A program made the translations under genes and the position numbers. From a virus, in IMG/VR virus record IMGVR_UViG_3300045988_130119, positions 21,023-85,022 of that record: a DNA stretch of 64,000 bases. One strand, 5' to 3'. Positions 28,613-37,154 of this stretch are shown here, piece after piece. Numbering within the stretch: position 1 is the stretch's first letter; every line of letters starts with the position of its first letter. Below the pieces are notes generated by a model. That model searched no databases and was not told the DNA's origin. It saw only the letters and a program-made list of their open reading frames with translations.

Positions 28613-29035
28613 TTAATTTACTAACTCTGAAATCGTCTGTAATGTTGACACTACACTTGTTAGAAACTCATTTACCGATTTAATGTAAAATTTAACTCTT
28701 CCATCGTCAATATTGATTAATGAAATCTGAGTTTCATCCACTGTTTCTACGCATCCATTCTCATCTAAAATGGTGTATTTAGGGCTTGAAGCGTCTTTAT
28801 CTAACACAATTCCGATTGTACCGTCATTGTATTGAATAACTGTACCCATATCAATTTTAGGCTCAAATAGCTCCCAATCCTTTGCTATAATGTCTTTGCC
28901 TAGCACCAATTGTAAATTGCCGTTATTATCTACAAGACCATCATCTTCCATTCTGAAATAACAACTATCTTCCCAACATGTTCTTCTTATACGTTTCCCA
29001 TTTAGAAGATGTCTTGTAATTTCTGAAAAATCCAT
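28613..29035 (-). CDS. protein with DUF2829-like N-terminal domain plus C-terminal extension
   Basis: MDFSEITRHLLNGKRIRRTCWE...AKDWELF resembles DUF2829 signature. Confidence 0.35.
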   Translation of the reverse strand: MDFSEITRHLLNGKRIRRTCWEDSCYFRMEDDGLVDNNGNLQLVLGKDIIAKDWELFEPKIDMGTVIQYNDGTIGIVLDKDASSPKYTILDENGCVETVDETQISLINIDDGRVKFYIKSVNEFLTSVVSTLQTISELVN

Positions 29036-29057
29036 TTTCTATGTTCCTTTCTTTTGT

Positions 29058-29252
29058 CTACCACCAATTAGTATCTTGCTGTAATTTCTGTAAAAATTCT
29101 TCTTGATAATCTTCTTCATCATATTCGTTATTCTCTCTATCTGGCATTTTACTTTCGATAAACATTGCTATGGCTGTTATTACAACAGACATCCCAGACA
29201 GTGTGAGTAATGCAAGAAGTATCTCGTAACCATCCATACTTTTATTCTCCAT
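29058..29252 (-). CDS. small membrane protein
   Basis: single TM helix. Confidence 0.3.
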   Translation of the reverse strand: MENKSMDGYEILLALLTLSGMSVVITAIAMFIESKMPDRENNEYDEEDYQEEFLQKLQQDTNWW

Positions 29253-29511
29253 CTACTATTTGTTGTATTCGTAAATACTTGTTGTTATTGCTAACCATCT
29301 CATTATATTTTTCTTGTTCCATTATGTAGATTCCTGAATTTCTTATTTTTTCTTCCATATTATTCGTTCTAAATAAATTGACTTTTATTTTTCTAATAAT
29401 TTCTAATTCTTCTCTGTATGTGTCCACTAAAATGTTCTTGTCAGACTCTTCTAATTTATTATTCTCTTGAACTTTTTTCACTGTGTCTTCCAATAATTTT
29501 TCTGTCAACAT
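29242..29511 (-). CDS. hypothetical protein
   Basis: ORF track. Confidence 0.3.
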   Translation of the reverse strand: MLTEKLLEDTVKKVQENNKLEESDKNILVDTYREELEIIRKIKVNLFRTNNMEEKIRNSGIYIMEQEKYNEMVSNNNKYLRIQQIVDGE

Positions 29512-29702
29512 CCTAGTTCACCTCTATATTCGGAATTTAACCATTGAATACAGTCCTCAAGAGCATCGTCATAATAATCAAACTTGTTGCCACTTGGAGA
29601 TTTCCAACGTCTTTCATCGCCATAATAAATTGCTCTTTGTTTTATAAGTAATGGAGCTAATTCTTCAAGCGACATTAACCTAATTGCATCTATTACTCTC
29701 AT
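29505..29702 (-). CDS. hypothetical protein
   Basis: ORF track. Confidence 0.3.
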   Translation of the reverse strand: MRVIDAIRLMSLEELAPLLIKQRAIYYGDERRWKSPSGNKFDYYDDALEDCIQWLNSEYRGELGC

Positions 29703-29744
29703 CTATATTATTCTCCTTGCATAGTTTTTGATTGCAAATCCTTG

Positions 29745-30056
29745 TCAAAAACAATATCTCTTTAAATCTATACCATATAGTTCGATCAAACCTTTTATCA
29801 ATTTATACGCTTCTATTTTCTTAATATCGGTTATCGTCTCAACACATTCATAATCCGAAGAACCATGATACGAAGTATCCATATATTTATTTAGCACTTC
29901 TGTATTCTCTTTTTCTTCTAATTCCCAATACCCTTCAAAACAAGAAGATTTTGAAAAATATTTATATACATTAAACATTTTTGTTAAAGCTCTAAAAATT
30001 TCTATCTCAGAAATATCAACTTTAATATTTTGTGTCAAACTTCCTTTTACTTCCAT
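29745..30056 (-). CDS. hypothetical protein
   Basis: ORF track. Confidence 0.35.
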   Translation of the reverse strand: MEVKGSLTQNIKVDISEIEIFRALTKMFNVYKYFSKSSCFEGYWELEEKENTEVLNKYMDTSYHGSSDYECVETITDIKKIEAYKLIKGLIELYGIDLKRYCF

Positions 30057-30214
30057 TTTTTCTCCTTATGGTCTATAAACTATGATCATTGTTTTCGTCA
30101 ACATATCATCAATTTTTACAATTACATTATCATTCTTGTTAAATTCAGACTTTTCTTCTGGATATCTCCTAATGCAATATCTTTCACCTTTATCTAGTCA
30201 TGAAGTATATCAAC

Positions 30215-30586
30215 TTATCTTTCAGCGAATTTTATTTCTTCGCCACAAACATTACATTTTAGATAGCCAAACTCAACAATTGAATAAGGCTCAAATATGT
30301 ATTTGAAGCTACAATTAGGACATTCCTTCTTGTGTTCTTCTCGAAATTCATTAATCACTTCTTGCTCATTGTAAGTAATCGGAAAACCTCTATTACAATC
30401 ACCTTGTAATCTATCAATCTTTTCTTGTAACTTTTTTAGTTCTTCATCTTTGTAATGTTCGTCCTTTAATCTATTATTCTCTTCTCGAAGTTGGTCAATT
30501 TGTTTATCTTTTACTCTAAGACCATCTATTGCAGACTGAAGATTCTCAATATATTTATCTGTCATATATTCTTCAAACCACCCCAT
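30215..30586 (-). CDS. coiled-coil plus zinc-ribbon protein
   Basis: CPNC...CNVCGE. Confidence 0.35.
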   Translation of the reverse strand: MGWFEEYMTDKYIENLQSAIDGLRVKDKQIDQLREENNRLKDEHYKDEELKKLQEKIDRLQGDCNRGFPITYNEQEVINEFREEHKKECPNCSFKYIFEPYSIVEFGYLKCNVCGEEIKFAER

Positions 30587-30606
30587 GATAATTGCTCCTT
30601 TCTAAT

Positions 30607-31221
30607 CTAATGATAGTCATAATATCTGTATATCGACTTCATATTATCTTTATTCTCTCTACTTCCATCGTAGAAAACATAATTTGCAATGATTTTCGCA
30701 CCAGTAGATTCTATATATTTCTTCACAGCGTTTAAAGTTTTTCCTGAGTAATACGAATCATCTACAAATACAAACTCCATTCCTTTATATATTCTCTCAA
30801 CATCATGAGGAAGTTCTTTGCCATGTCTCAAGCCACCTGGTAGTAATAACAAGCGGATGTCATCATGTGAGCATAATTTGAAATACACAGAACCAATTTC
30901 GCCAGACATTACAAAGTTATGACAGTTAGTTTCTTCAATAATGCAGTTAATAAAAGACTTTAAAAATTCTTTATCTGATTTAATCGCAGCATCTAATTCA
31001 TTGAAATACGCTTCACCACCAACATGAGTCTCCAAACATTTTTGTACTTTTTCTATCATCTGTGTCTTCAAATTAACCACACAATCACATCCTTTCTTAT
31101 TATTTTTAGAAATACTCTGCATAGCTGTGACACTATGCAAAGTTAAAATGTTATAAAAATAAACTATGTACAGATTATTTATCTGTAGATTCAGCAATTT
31201 TAGCACCTGCAAAACCTGCAA
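30607..31221 (-). CDS. phosphoribosyltransferase-domain protein (true start probably Met at about 31122)
   Basis: PRPP-binding loop VFVDDSYYSGKTL; N-terminal 33 codons overlap flotillin gene. Confidence 0.55.
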   Translation of the reverse strand: MQVLQVLKLLNLQINNLYIVYFYNILTLHSVTAMQSISKNNKKGCDCVVNLKTQMIEKVQKCLETHVGGEAYFNELDAAIKSDKEFLKSFINCIIEETNCHNFVMSGEIGSVYFKLCSHDDIRLLLLPGGLRHGKELPHDVERIYKGMEFVFVDDSYYSGKTLNAVKKYIESTGAKIIANYVFYDGSRENKDNMKSIYRYYDYH

Positions 31222-32755
31222 GAATAGAATTTAAGTCGATTCCAGTTGACTCTTTCATACCATCTGTAACCTGATTAAGAGTGTTCATGATATCTTTCAT
31301 CAATTTTGAAGAGTTTCCATCTCCATACATTGTGATTTTGTCAACTTTAGCAAGTGGTTCTGCAATATTTTTAGCGATTTCTGGCATAGCTTTGAAATAC
31401 ATATCAAGAACTGCTGCTTCACCCATCTGTTTCATTGCTTCTGCTTTCTTCTGAATACCTTCTGCTTCTGCGAGAGCTTTTGCTTTAATGGCATCAGCTT
31501 CGGCTTGTCCTTTACTACGGATACCATCTGCTTCTTGTTCCATTGCATATTTGTTAGCTTCTGCTGTTGCTTTCATAGCTTCAGCTTCTTTCTCACGTTC
31601 AAATTTCTCTGCTTCGGCATTTTTCTGTCTCTCAAAAAGACTTGCCTCTGATTTTCTCTGTGTTTCATACAGCCTTGCATCTGCTTCCTGCTGTTTTGCA
31701 TATTTTTCTGCTTCAGCCTGTTTCTTTACAGTAGCTTCAAGAGTTTTTTCTGTGAGTGCAATCTCTTTCTCCTTAATCTCTACAGCTTTTTCCTGTTTAG
31801 CAAGATTAGCATCTGCCGTAGCAATCTCCACAGATTTTCTTTCATTTTCTTCCTGAATACTATAAGCTGCATCAGCAGATGCTTTCTTTGTATCTGCATC
31901 CTTCTGAAGTTCTGCTTTTTTGATTTCAAGTTCATTTTCTTTCTGTGCAATAAGAGTGTCTGCTGCAATCTGAGCTTCTCTTGACTCTCTATCTGCATTA
32001 GCTTGTACAATTGCTTTTTTCTTCTGTGCTTCAGCTTGAGCATTTGCAATTTCCAATTCGGAAGTTACCTCTGCATCATTAGCTTCTTTTTTAGCCATAG
32101 CACGAGCCTTGGCAATTTCTTTTTCACTATCAGCTCTTGAAATAGCTGCATTTTTCTGAATTTTAACAATGTTGTCAACACCAAGATTTTCAATTACTCC
32201 ATTTTCATCAACAAAATTCTGTACATTGAAGCTCACAATGTCGAGTCCCATTGCAGCAAGATCTGGTTCGGCATTTTCTTTTACGAGTTCTGCAAACTTC
32301 TGACGATCGGAAACCATTTCTTCCAAGTTCATTTTGCCAACAATCTCACGCATATTACCCTCAAGAACTTCTCTTGCAACCTGTCCAATGTAGTCAGTTG
32401 GTTTATTAAGAAAGTTCTCTGCTGCAAGTTTAAGTCTATCTGTGTCACTACTAACCTTTACATTTACTGCTGCATCAACGTTAATGTTGATGTAATCTGC
32501 TGTTGGAACTGCACTTGATGTTTTTACATCAATTGGAATTAACTGAAGATTTAGCTCGTCTTTCTTTTCAAAGAATGGAATCTTAAGCCCAGCTTTTCCA
32601 ATAAGAACTTTTGGATCTTTTCTTAAACCAGAAATGATGTAGGCTTTATCTGGTGATGCTTTTACATATCCAGAACCAACAATTCCAATTCCACCTGCTC
32701 CAACAACTACTACAGGAACTAAAACACCAAGTCCACTAATAATTTCATTTACCAT
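31175..32755 (-). CDS. SPFH/band-7 flotillin-like protein (YqiK/FloA-type)
   Basis: N-terminal TM plus SPFH domain (YIISGLRKDPKVLIGKAGLKIPFFEK...), long AEA/KK-rich coiled coil. Confidence 0.7.
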   Translation of the reverse strand: MVNEIISGLGVLVPVVVVGAGGIGIVGSGYVKASPDKAYIISGLRKDPKVLIGKAGLKIPFFEKKDELNLQLIPIDVKTSSAVPTADYININVDAAVNVKVSSDTDRLKLAAENFLNKPTDYIGQVAREVLEGNMREIVGKMNLEEMVSDRQKFAELVKENAEPDLAAMGLDIVSFNVQNFVDENGVIENLGVDNIVKIQKNAAISRADSEKEIAKARAMAKKEANDAEVTSELEIANAQAEAQKKKAIVQANADRESREAQIAADTLIAQKENELEIKKAELQKDADTKKASADAAYSIQEENERKSVEIATADANLAKQEKAVEIKEKEIALTEKTLEATVKKQAEAEKYAKQQEADARLYETQRKSEASLFERQKNAEAEKFEREKEAEAMKATAEANKYAMEQEADGIRSKGQAEADAIKAKALAEAEGIQKKAEAMKQMGEAAVLDMYFKAMPEIAKNIAEPLAKVDKITMYGDGNSSKLMKDIMNTLNQVTDGMKESTGIDLNSILAGFAGAKIAESTDK

Positions 32756-32841
32756 AACATATCTTCTCCTTTTTTCTATTTGTTTTAGAACATTTATAAT
32801 AAAACAGTGAAAAAATAAACTGTTTCATATCTAGTTATTCT

Positions 32842-33141
32842 CTACATGTAATCTCTAATATTACTTACCTTTGTTTTAATCTCGTCAAGTTTCATATCAT
32901 TTTTCATACTATGTAGGTCTTTCCAAATCACATATCCTGAATCATTTTCACCACAATAATAATATTTCTCTTCATTAATTATTCTCCAATATATCCTATT
33001 GGTTTTGTAGTAAATTCCATCTTTTGCAAATTCTTCTTTTGTGTACGAAGCAATTATTTTATCATTGATAGGAAAACTAATCTCTACAAAATCTATTCCA
33101 TCAGCATTAATGCTGTCCATATACTCTAACAATTCTTTCAT
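32842..33141 (-). CDS. hypothetical protein
   Basis: ORF track. Confidence 0.35.
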   Translation of the reverse strand: MKELLEYMDSINADGIDFVEISFPINDKIIASYTKEEFAKDGIYYKTNRIYWRIINEEKYYYCGENDSGYVIWKDLHSMKNDMKLDEIKTKVSNIRDYM

Positions 33142-33145
33142 TTAC

Positions 33146-33463
33146 TCATTCTCCATCATACTTTTCTGGTAAAGGCATCCATGCAACTACTTTATTTCTT
33201 ACAGCCATTCTTCGTCCACCTGTGCCATAGGAATACCATGTTTCTTCATCTGTATTCCATTTAAAATCTCTTGTTCTTACACATTCCGCAATGAAATAAG
33301 CTCCATTTTTTGTTTGAACAAGAACTTTTTCAGATAACCATTTTCTTGAACGCTGCGAACAATATATCTCTTTCATATCAGGATATTTTTCTTTTAATGA
33401 GATCCAATCATTTTTATCCATAATTATCACTCCTTTGAAATCGCACTTTGTATAATTACTCAT
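33146..33463 (-). CDS. hypothetical protein
   Basis: ORF track. Confidence 0.35.
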   Translation of the reverse strand: MSNYTKCDFKGVIIMDKNDWISLKEKYPDMKEIYCSQRSRKWLSEKVLVQTKNGAYFIAECVRTRDFKWNTDEETWYSYGTGGRRMAVRNKVVAWMPLPEKYDGE

Positions 33464-33471
33464 TCATTTAC

Positions 33472-33822
33472 TTATTCTCCATCTGAAATTTGATCGCATT
33501 CACAACACTCTAACCTGATTTCAGAAAGTTTTAGATAAACAATTGAATCGGATGTTTCATATTCTCTGTCATCTTCATCTTCTGCAATATCCAAAATTTC
33601 TCTGAACCCAATTAAGATATCTTTGTCTGGCAATTCAATTACTTCTTCAATGAATACCATCTTGTAGTGTGTATCTCTATAAATTGATTCATCTACAAAC
33701 TTATTCTCCATTTCATATGGTGTATATTCATAAGGCTTTCTGTATTCCAAAATCCTATATACCCTATCAGAAAAATCATGCAGCCAAGTCTCTAAGTCTG
33801 TATTACATCTCATGTATCTCAC
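33472..33822 (-). CDS. hypothetical acidic protein
   Basis: ORF track. Confidence 0.35.
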   Translation of the reverse strand: MRYMRCNTDLETWLHDFSDRVYRILEYRKPYEYTPYEMENKFVDESIYRDTHYKMVFIEEVIELPDKDILIGFREILDIAEDEDDREYETSDSIVYLKLSEIRLECCECDQISDGE

Positions 33823-34721
33823 CTCGCTTTATCACATTCATGAAAGTCCAAAAGTATTTTGTATTTATATTCTCCGAATCGTTTCTTCCAACGTTCCTTA
33901 GATTTTTCTGTGTTCCAATTAAAAGGCATCATGTGATAGTTGATAAGAAAACAAGCATCAATGATGTCATAATGATAAAACCCATCAAAACTTGTCAAAA
34001 TAAGATAGCTTCCAATCGAATTATGGTCAAAGTAATGAGCGATACCAAATTCATCAAAAGTTTGACAATACAGTTTACCAACATCATGAAGCAACGCTCC
34101 CAATTGAAAACTCATTGGATATTCTTTGTCAGCGAACAACTTGTATGTACAATCACTATGGTCAAGTAAACTCATAGTATGATGTGGATTCTTTTGGTCA
34201 AAATTTTTCATCTTTAAAGTTATATCTAAAATTGTTATCTCGCCATCTCTAAGAAAGTCACATATTTTAATAGAATCCCAGCCTTCTTCATAAAATGGAA
34301 TCTGAAACTTTCTAAGCTGTTTGTTCAATACTTCTTCAGGCACAGAATGTTGTCTGTTTAAGTTAGCAAGCTTGCATTGATCAAATGGTTTTGGAATTAG
34401 ATAAACAATCTTATAGCAGTCAATACCTTTGACATTTTCAATAATTGCTCGTCTCGACCTCATAGTAATATTTGTCGCATCAGCAATTACATTAGTATTA
34501 TTCTCCAATGTCTCACGGATTCTTTCGTGAAATACTTTGAATACTTCTTCATTATTTTCCTGATTACCATAATCACCAATCAATTCTTCACGAATACTAT
34601 CTGATGATACAATAACTGTGTTTGGATTTTCTTCTGCAATTTCTTTTGCAACACTTGATTTACCACTTCCAGACAAGCCAACCATAACCCATAATGTCGG
34701 TTTATTCATTATGCAAACCAT
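33819..34721 (-). CDS. P-loop kinase (polynucleotide-kinase-like) fused to HD phosphohydrolase domain
   Basis: Walker A GLSGSGKSS then D/R kinase pattern as in T4 Pnk N-domain; C-terminal H...LLHDVGK HD motif. Confidence 0.55.
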   Translation of the reverse strand: MVCIMNKPTLWVMVGLSGSGKSSVAKEIAEENPNTVIVSSDSIREELIGDYGNQENNEEVFKVFHERIRETLENNTNVIADATNITMRSRRAIIENVKGIDCYKIVYLIPKPFDQCKLANLNRQHSVPEEVLNKQLRKFQIPFYEEGWDSIKICDFLRDGEITILDITLKMKNFDQKNPHHTMSLLDHSDCTYKLFADKEYPMSFQLGALLHDVGKLYCQTFDEFGIAHYFDHNSIGSYLILTSFDGFYHYDIIDACFLINYHMMPFNWNTEKSKERWKKRFGEYKYKILLDFHECDKAR

Positions 34722-35236
34722 CCTTTCGTGAAATCATATCCTTCCTTATCATGAAAATACATTGGCTCTCTGCTTTCATCCATATATCTTTTTTCATTGT
34801 AAGGATCTAATTTATGATACTCTACATGGTCATATGAAATTTTAATGTCATAATCGTCCTCAGTGGACTCAACTAAATAATCTTTTCCACCGAAGATTAT
34901 GTTATTAACTCCTTCTGGTACGTATTTCATATAACGCACTTGTTGATGATTTTCCCAATCAATAAAGTCTTCTTTTAATTCGTCAATAGAAAAACTTTTC
35001 TCATATTCATCAAAAATTTCAATGTATGTATCATGAATCTTTAAGAAATTAAGCATATCTTCTACAGATTTGTAAGCATTTCCATGCCATTCAAATAATG
35101 GTTTCCATCCAAAACTTTGCTTTCCTATATGCACTTCATAGCCAAAATACGGAGAATCTGTAAGCTCATATTCGTTAGGAAAGTATTTTTCCACTAATTC
35201 TTTATTCTTTATCATCATGTAATAATTTGTTCCCAC
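34709..35236 (-). CDS. hypothetical protein
   Basis: ORF track. Confidence 0.35.
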   Translation of the reverse strand: MGTNYYMMIKNKELVEKYFPNEYELTDSPYFGYEVHIGKQSFGWKPLFEWHGNAYKSVEDMLNFLKIHDTYIEIFDEYEKSFSIDELKEDFIDWENHQQVRYMKYVPEGVNNIIFGGKDYLVESTEDDYDIKISYDHVEYHKLDPYNEKRYMDESREPMYFHDKEGYDFTKGWFA

Positions 35237-35270
35237 ATTATCACCACCTTTATAAACTTATTCTCTAGTA

Positions 35271-35621
35271 TTAGTTGTTTGTAAATATCATTCCAGTTGT
35301 ATTTGTTTTTATATCTACTTGTATTTTTTTATCACCGTAATAATCTATTTCTTTGGTTTGTTTAATAACTGCATTTCGTGGATTTAGTATATTTAACACA
35401 ACCGTCTTTCTTTCTCCTAATTTATCACGAACATTTGCTTTTATTTTTATATCAAGAAGGTCTGTTATAACACAATCTTCTAAGTTTAATTCGATTTCGT
35501 CACTTGATTCACTCTCACTAAATTCATTCTCACTATTTACATTTTTCTTCGAAAAGTCTTTAATAAATTCACAAATTTCTTTTTTATTTCCATCAAATGA
35601 TATTTTCATCTCTACCACCAC
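35271..35621 (-). CDS. hypothetical protein
   Basis: ORF track. Confidence 0.3.
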   Translation of the reverse strand: MVVEMKISFDGNKKEICEFIKDFSKKNVNSENEFSESESSDEIELNLEDCVITDLLDIKIKANVRDKLGERKTVVLNILNPRNAVIKQTKEIDYYGDKKIQVDIKTNTTGMIFTNN

Positions 35622-35959
35622 AAATCCATATAATACTTGGCAAATAATTGTATTCCCTCATTAATTACTGCTTGTATTCTCTTTTCTTCATCGAAACAAC
35701 CATATTCAGAATTATTAGTCCACCAATCAAATTCATTGACTACATACTCAAACGCTTGAATCATCTTATCTAATGCTTCATCCCACTTTTCAGGTGTATC
35801 CATTTCGCCTCTGCCAGGATAACCATTGTTAAGCTTCTTAAATTTTTTCAATCTTGGAATGATATACTTGGCAAACGTAATATCTAAATTCCATGTTTCT
35901 TTTGGATTTACATACAATCCTTGCTTTTTTAACCATTTTTTTCTCTGTCGATTATTCAT
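35612..35959 (-). CDS. hypothetical protein
   Basis: ORF track. Confidence 0.35.
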   Translation of the reverse strand: MNNRQRKKWLKKQGLYVNPKETWNLDITFAKYIIPRLKKFKKLNNGYPGRGEMDTPEKWDEALDKMIQAFEYVVNEFDWWTNNSEYGCFDEEKRIQAVINEGIQLFAKYYMDLWW

Positions 35960-35989
35960 TAATTATCACCTCAACTTACATATTCTCTC

Positions 35990-36517
35990 CTTACACCAGT
36001 GCAGCTTTGAACTTTTTCAATGCCATACTTACAGCAGATGCTTTCATATTCATAATTTCTGCAACCTCATTATTTGTATATCCACGATATTTGAGAGCAA
36101 CAATATTCTTAACTTGGTCTTTCAGCTTGTCATATTCTTTCTGAAACTTAGCCTTGAATATGTATTCTCTCTCTCAATATTCTCAGAAGAAACCATTAAT
36201 AGAGTTTCACTAATAGGGCTATCATAATTTTCATCGAATGCTTCCATAGAATATACTGTGTCATGTCTAAGATGCTTTGCTGCATTAATCTTTCTCAAAT
36301 AATTACTCACTTCATTTCCCATACATCTGTATGCAAACGTTGAAAATTTTGTTTTATCTGAGTCATAATTTAATGCAGCTTTGCACAAACCAATAGAAAG
36401 CAATCCACTGAACTCTTCTATATCCAACTTGTGATCTTTTGCGTATTTGTATGTAAGATTATAATTTTCTTCTACCAGACTCTTTTGTTTTTCATTAAGC
36501 ATTTCTATACCTCTCAA
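35990..36517 (-). pseudogene. sigma-70-family factor split by frameshift in a (GA)4 tract: region 2 in 36122..36517, region 4 HTH in another frame 35990..36160
   Basis: Region 2 KFSTFAYRCMGNEVSNYLRK; downstream +2 frame encodes ALKYRGYTNNEVAEIMNMKASAVSMALKKFKAAL (region 4); frames meet at GAGAGAGAG. Confidence 0.6.
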
Positions 36518-36563
36518 TCATTATTTGTATATTTACTTATTCTCCAAAAGAATCTGAACAAAA

Positions 36564-36758
36564 TTATAAAACTACAAATACAACATCTTTCATTGTTGAT
36601 GGGATTGTAAAAACATTCTTCCTCTGTTTTATTTCGTATACTTCTTTTCCATCTTCATTAGTTACTACTTTTGCGGTAAAGATTTTACCATCCTTAATTT
36701 TTACAGAATCATTGTTCTGATCCTTAAAAATAACATCTTTAATAAATCTAATTGTCAT
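36564..36758 (-). CDS. hypothetical protein
   Basis: ORF track. Confidence 0.3.
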   Translation of the reverse strand: MTIRFIKDVIFKDQNNDSVKIKDGKIFTAKVVTNEDGKEVYEIKQRKNVFTIPSTMKDVVFVVL

Positions 36759-36798
36759 AATTTTTTTATTTGTCTCCTTTAAAGTATGTTAAATATCT

Positions 36799-37017
36799 CT
36801 ATTCAGAACTTAAAATAAGTAAAGTTCCACTACCCATCGCACCATTACTTCTTGTAGATAATGTCGGAGCAAAATCTTTTACCTCAATACCATTGTAAAC
36901 ATCGAAATATTTTGGCAGATAACCATTTATCTCATAAAATTTTTTATATTTATCATCGACCCATTTACTTCTTGTAATTTTAAAATCATCAATTTGAATA
37001 GGATTTTCTTCATTCAT
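36799..37017 (-). CDS. hypothetical protein
   Basis: ORF track. Confidence 0.3.
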   Translation of the reverse strand: MNEENPIQIDDFKITRSKWVDDKYKKFYEINGYLPKYFDVYNGIEVKDFAPTLSTRSNGAMGSGTLLILSSE

Positions 37018-37154
37018 AATTTATTCCTCCATATTTTCCACAACTTTTAAACCTATTCTTTCCGATCGTAAACATGGTGAATAATCTTCATAAATTCTCA
37101 CATCACGGTTCTTGTGAAAATCTTCGATAATAACTTTTCTGTCACAAGCAGAAT

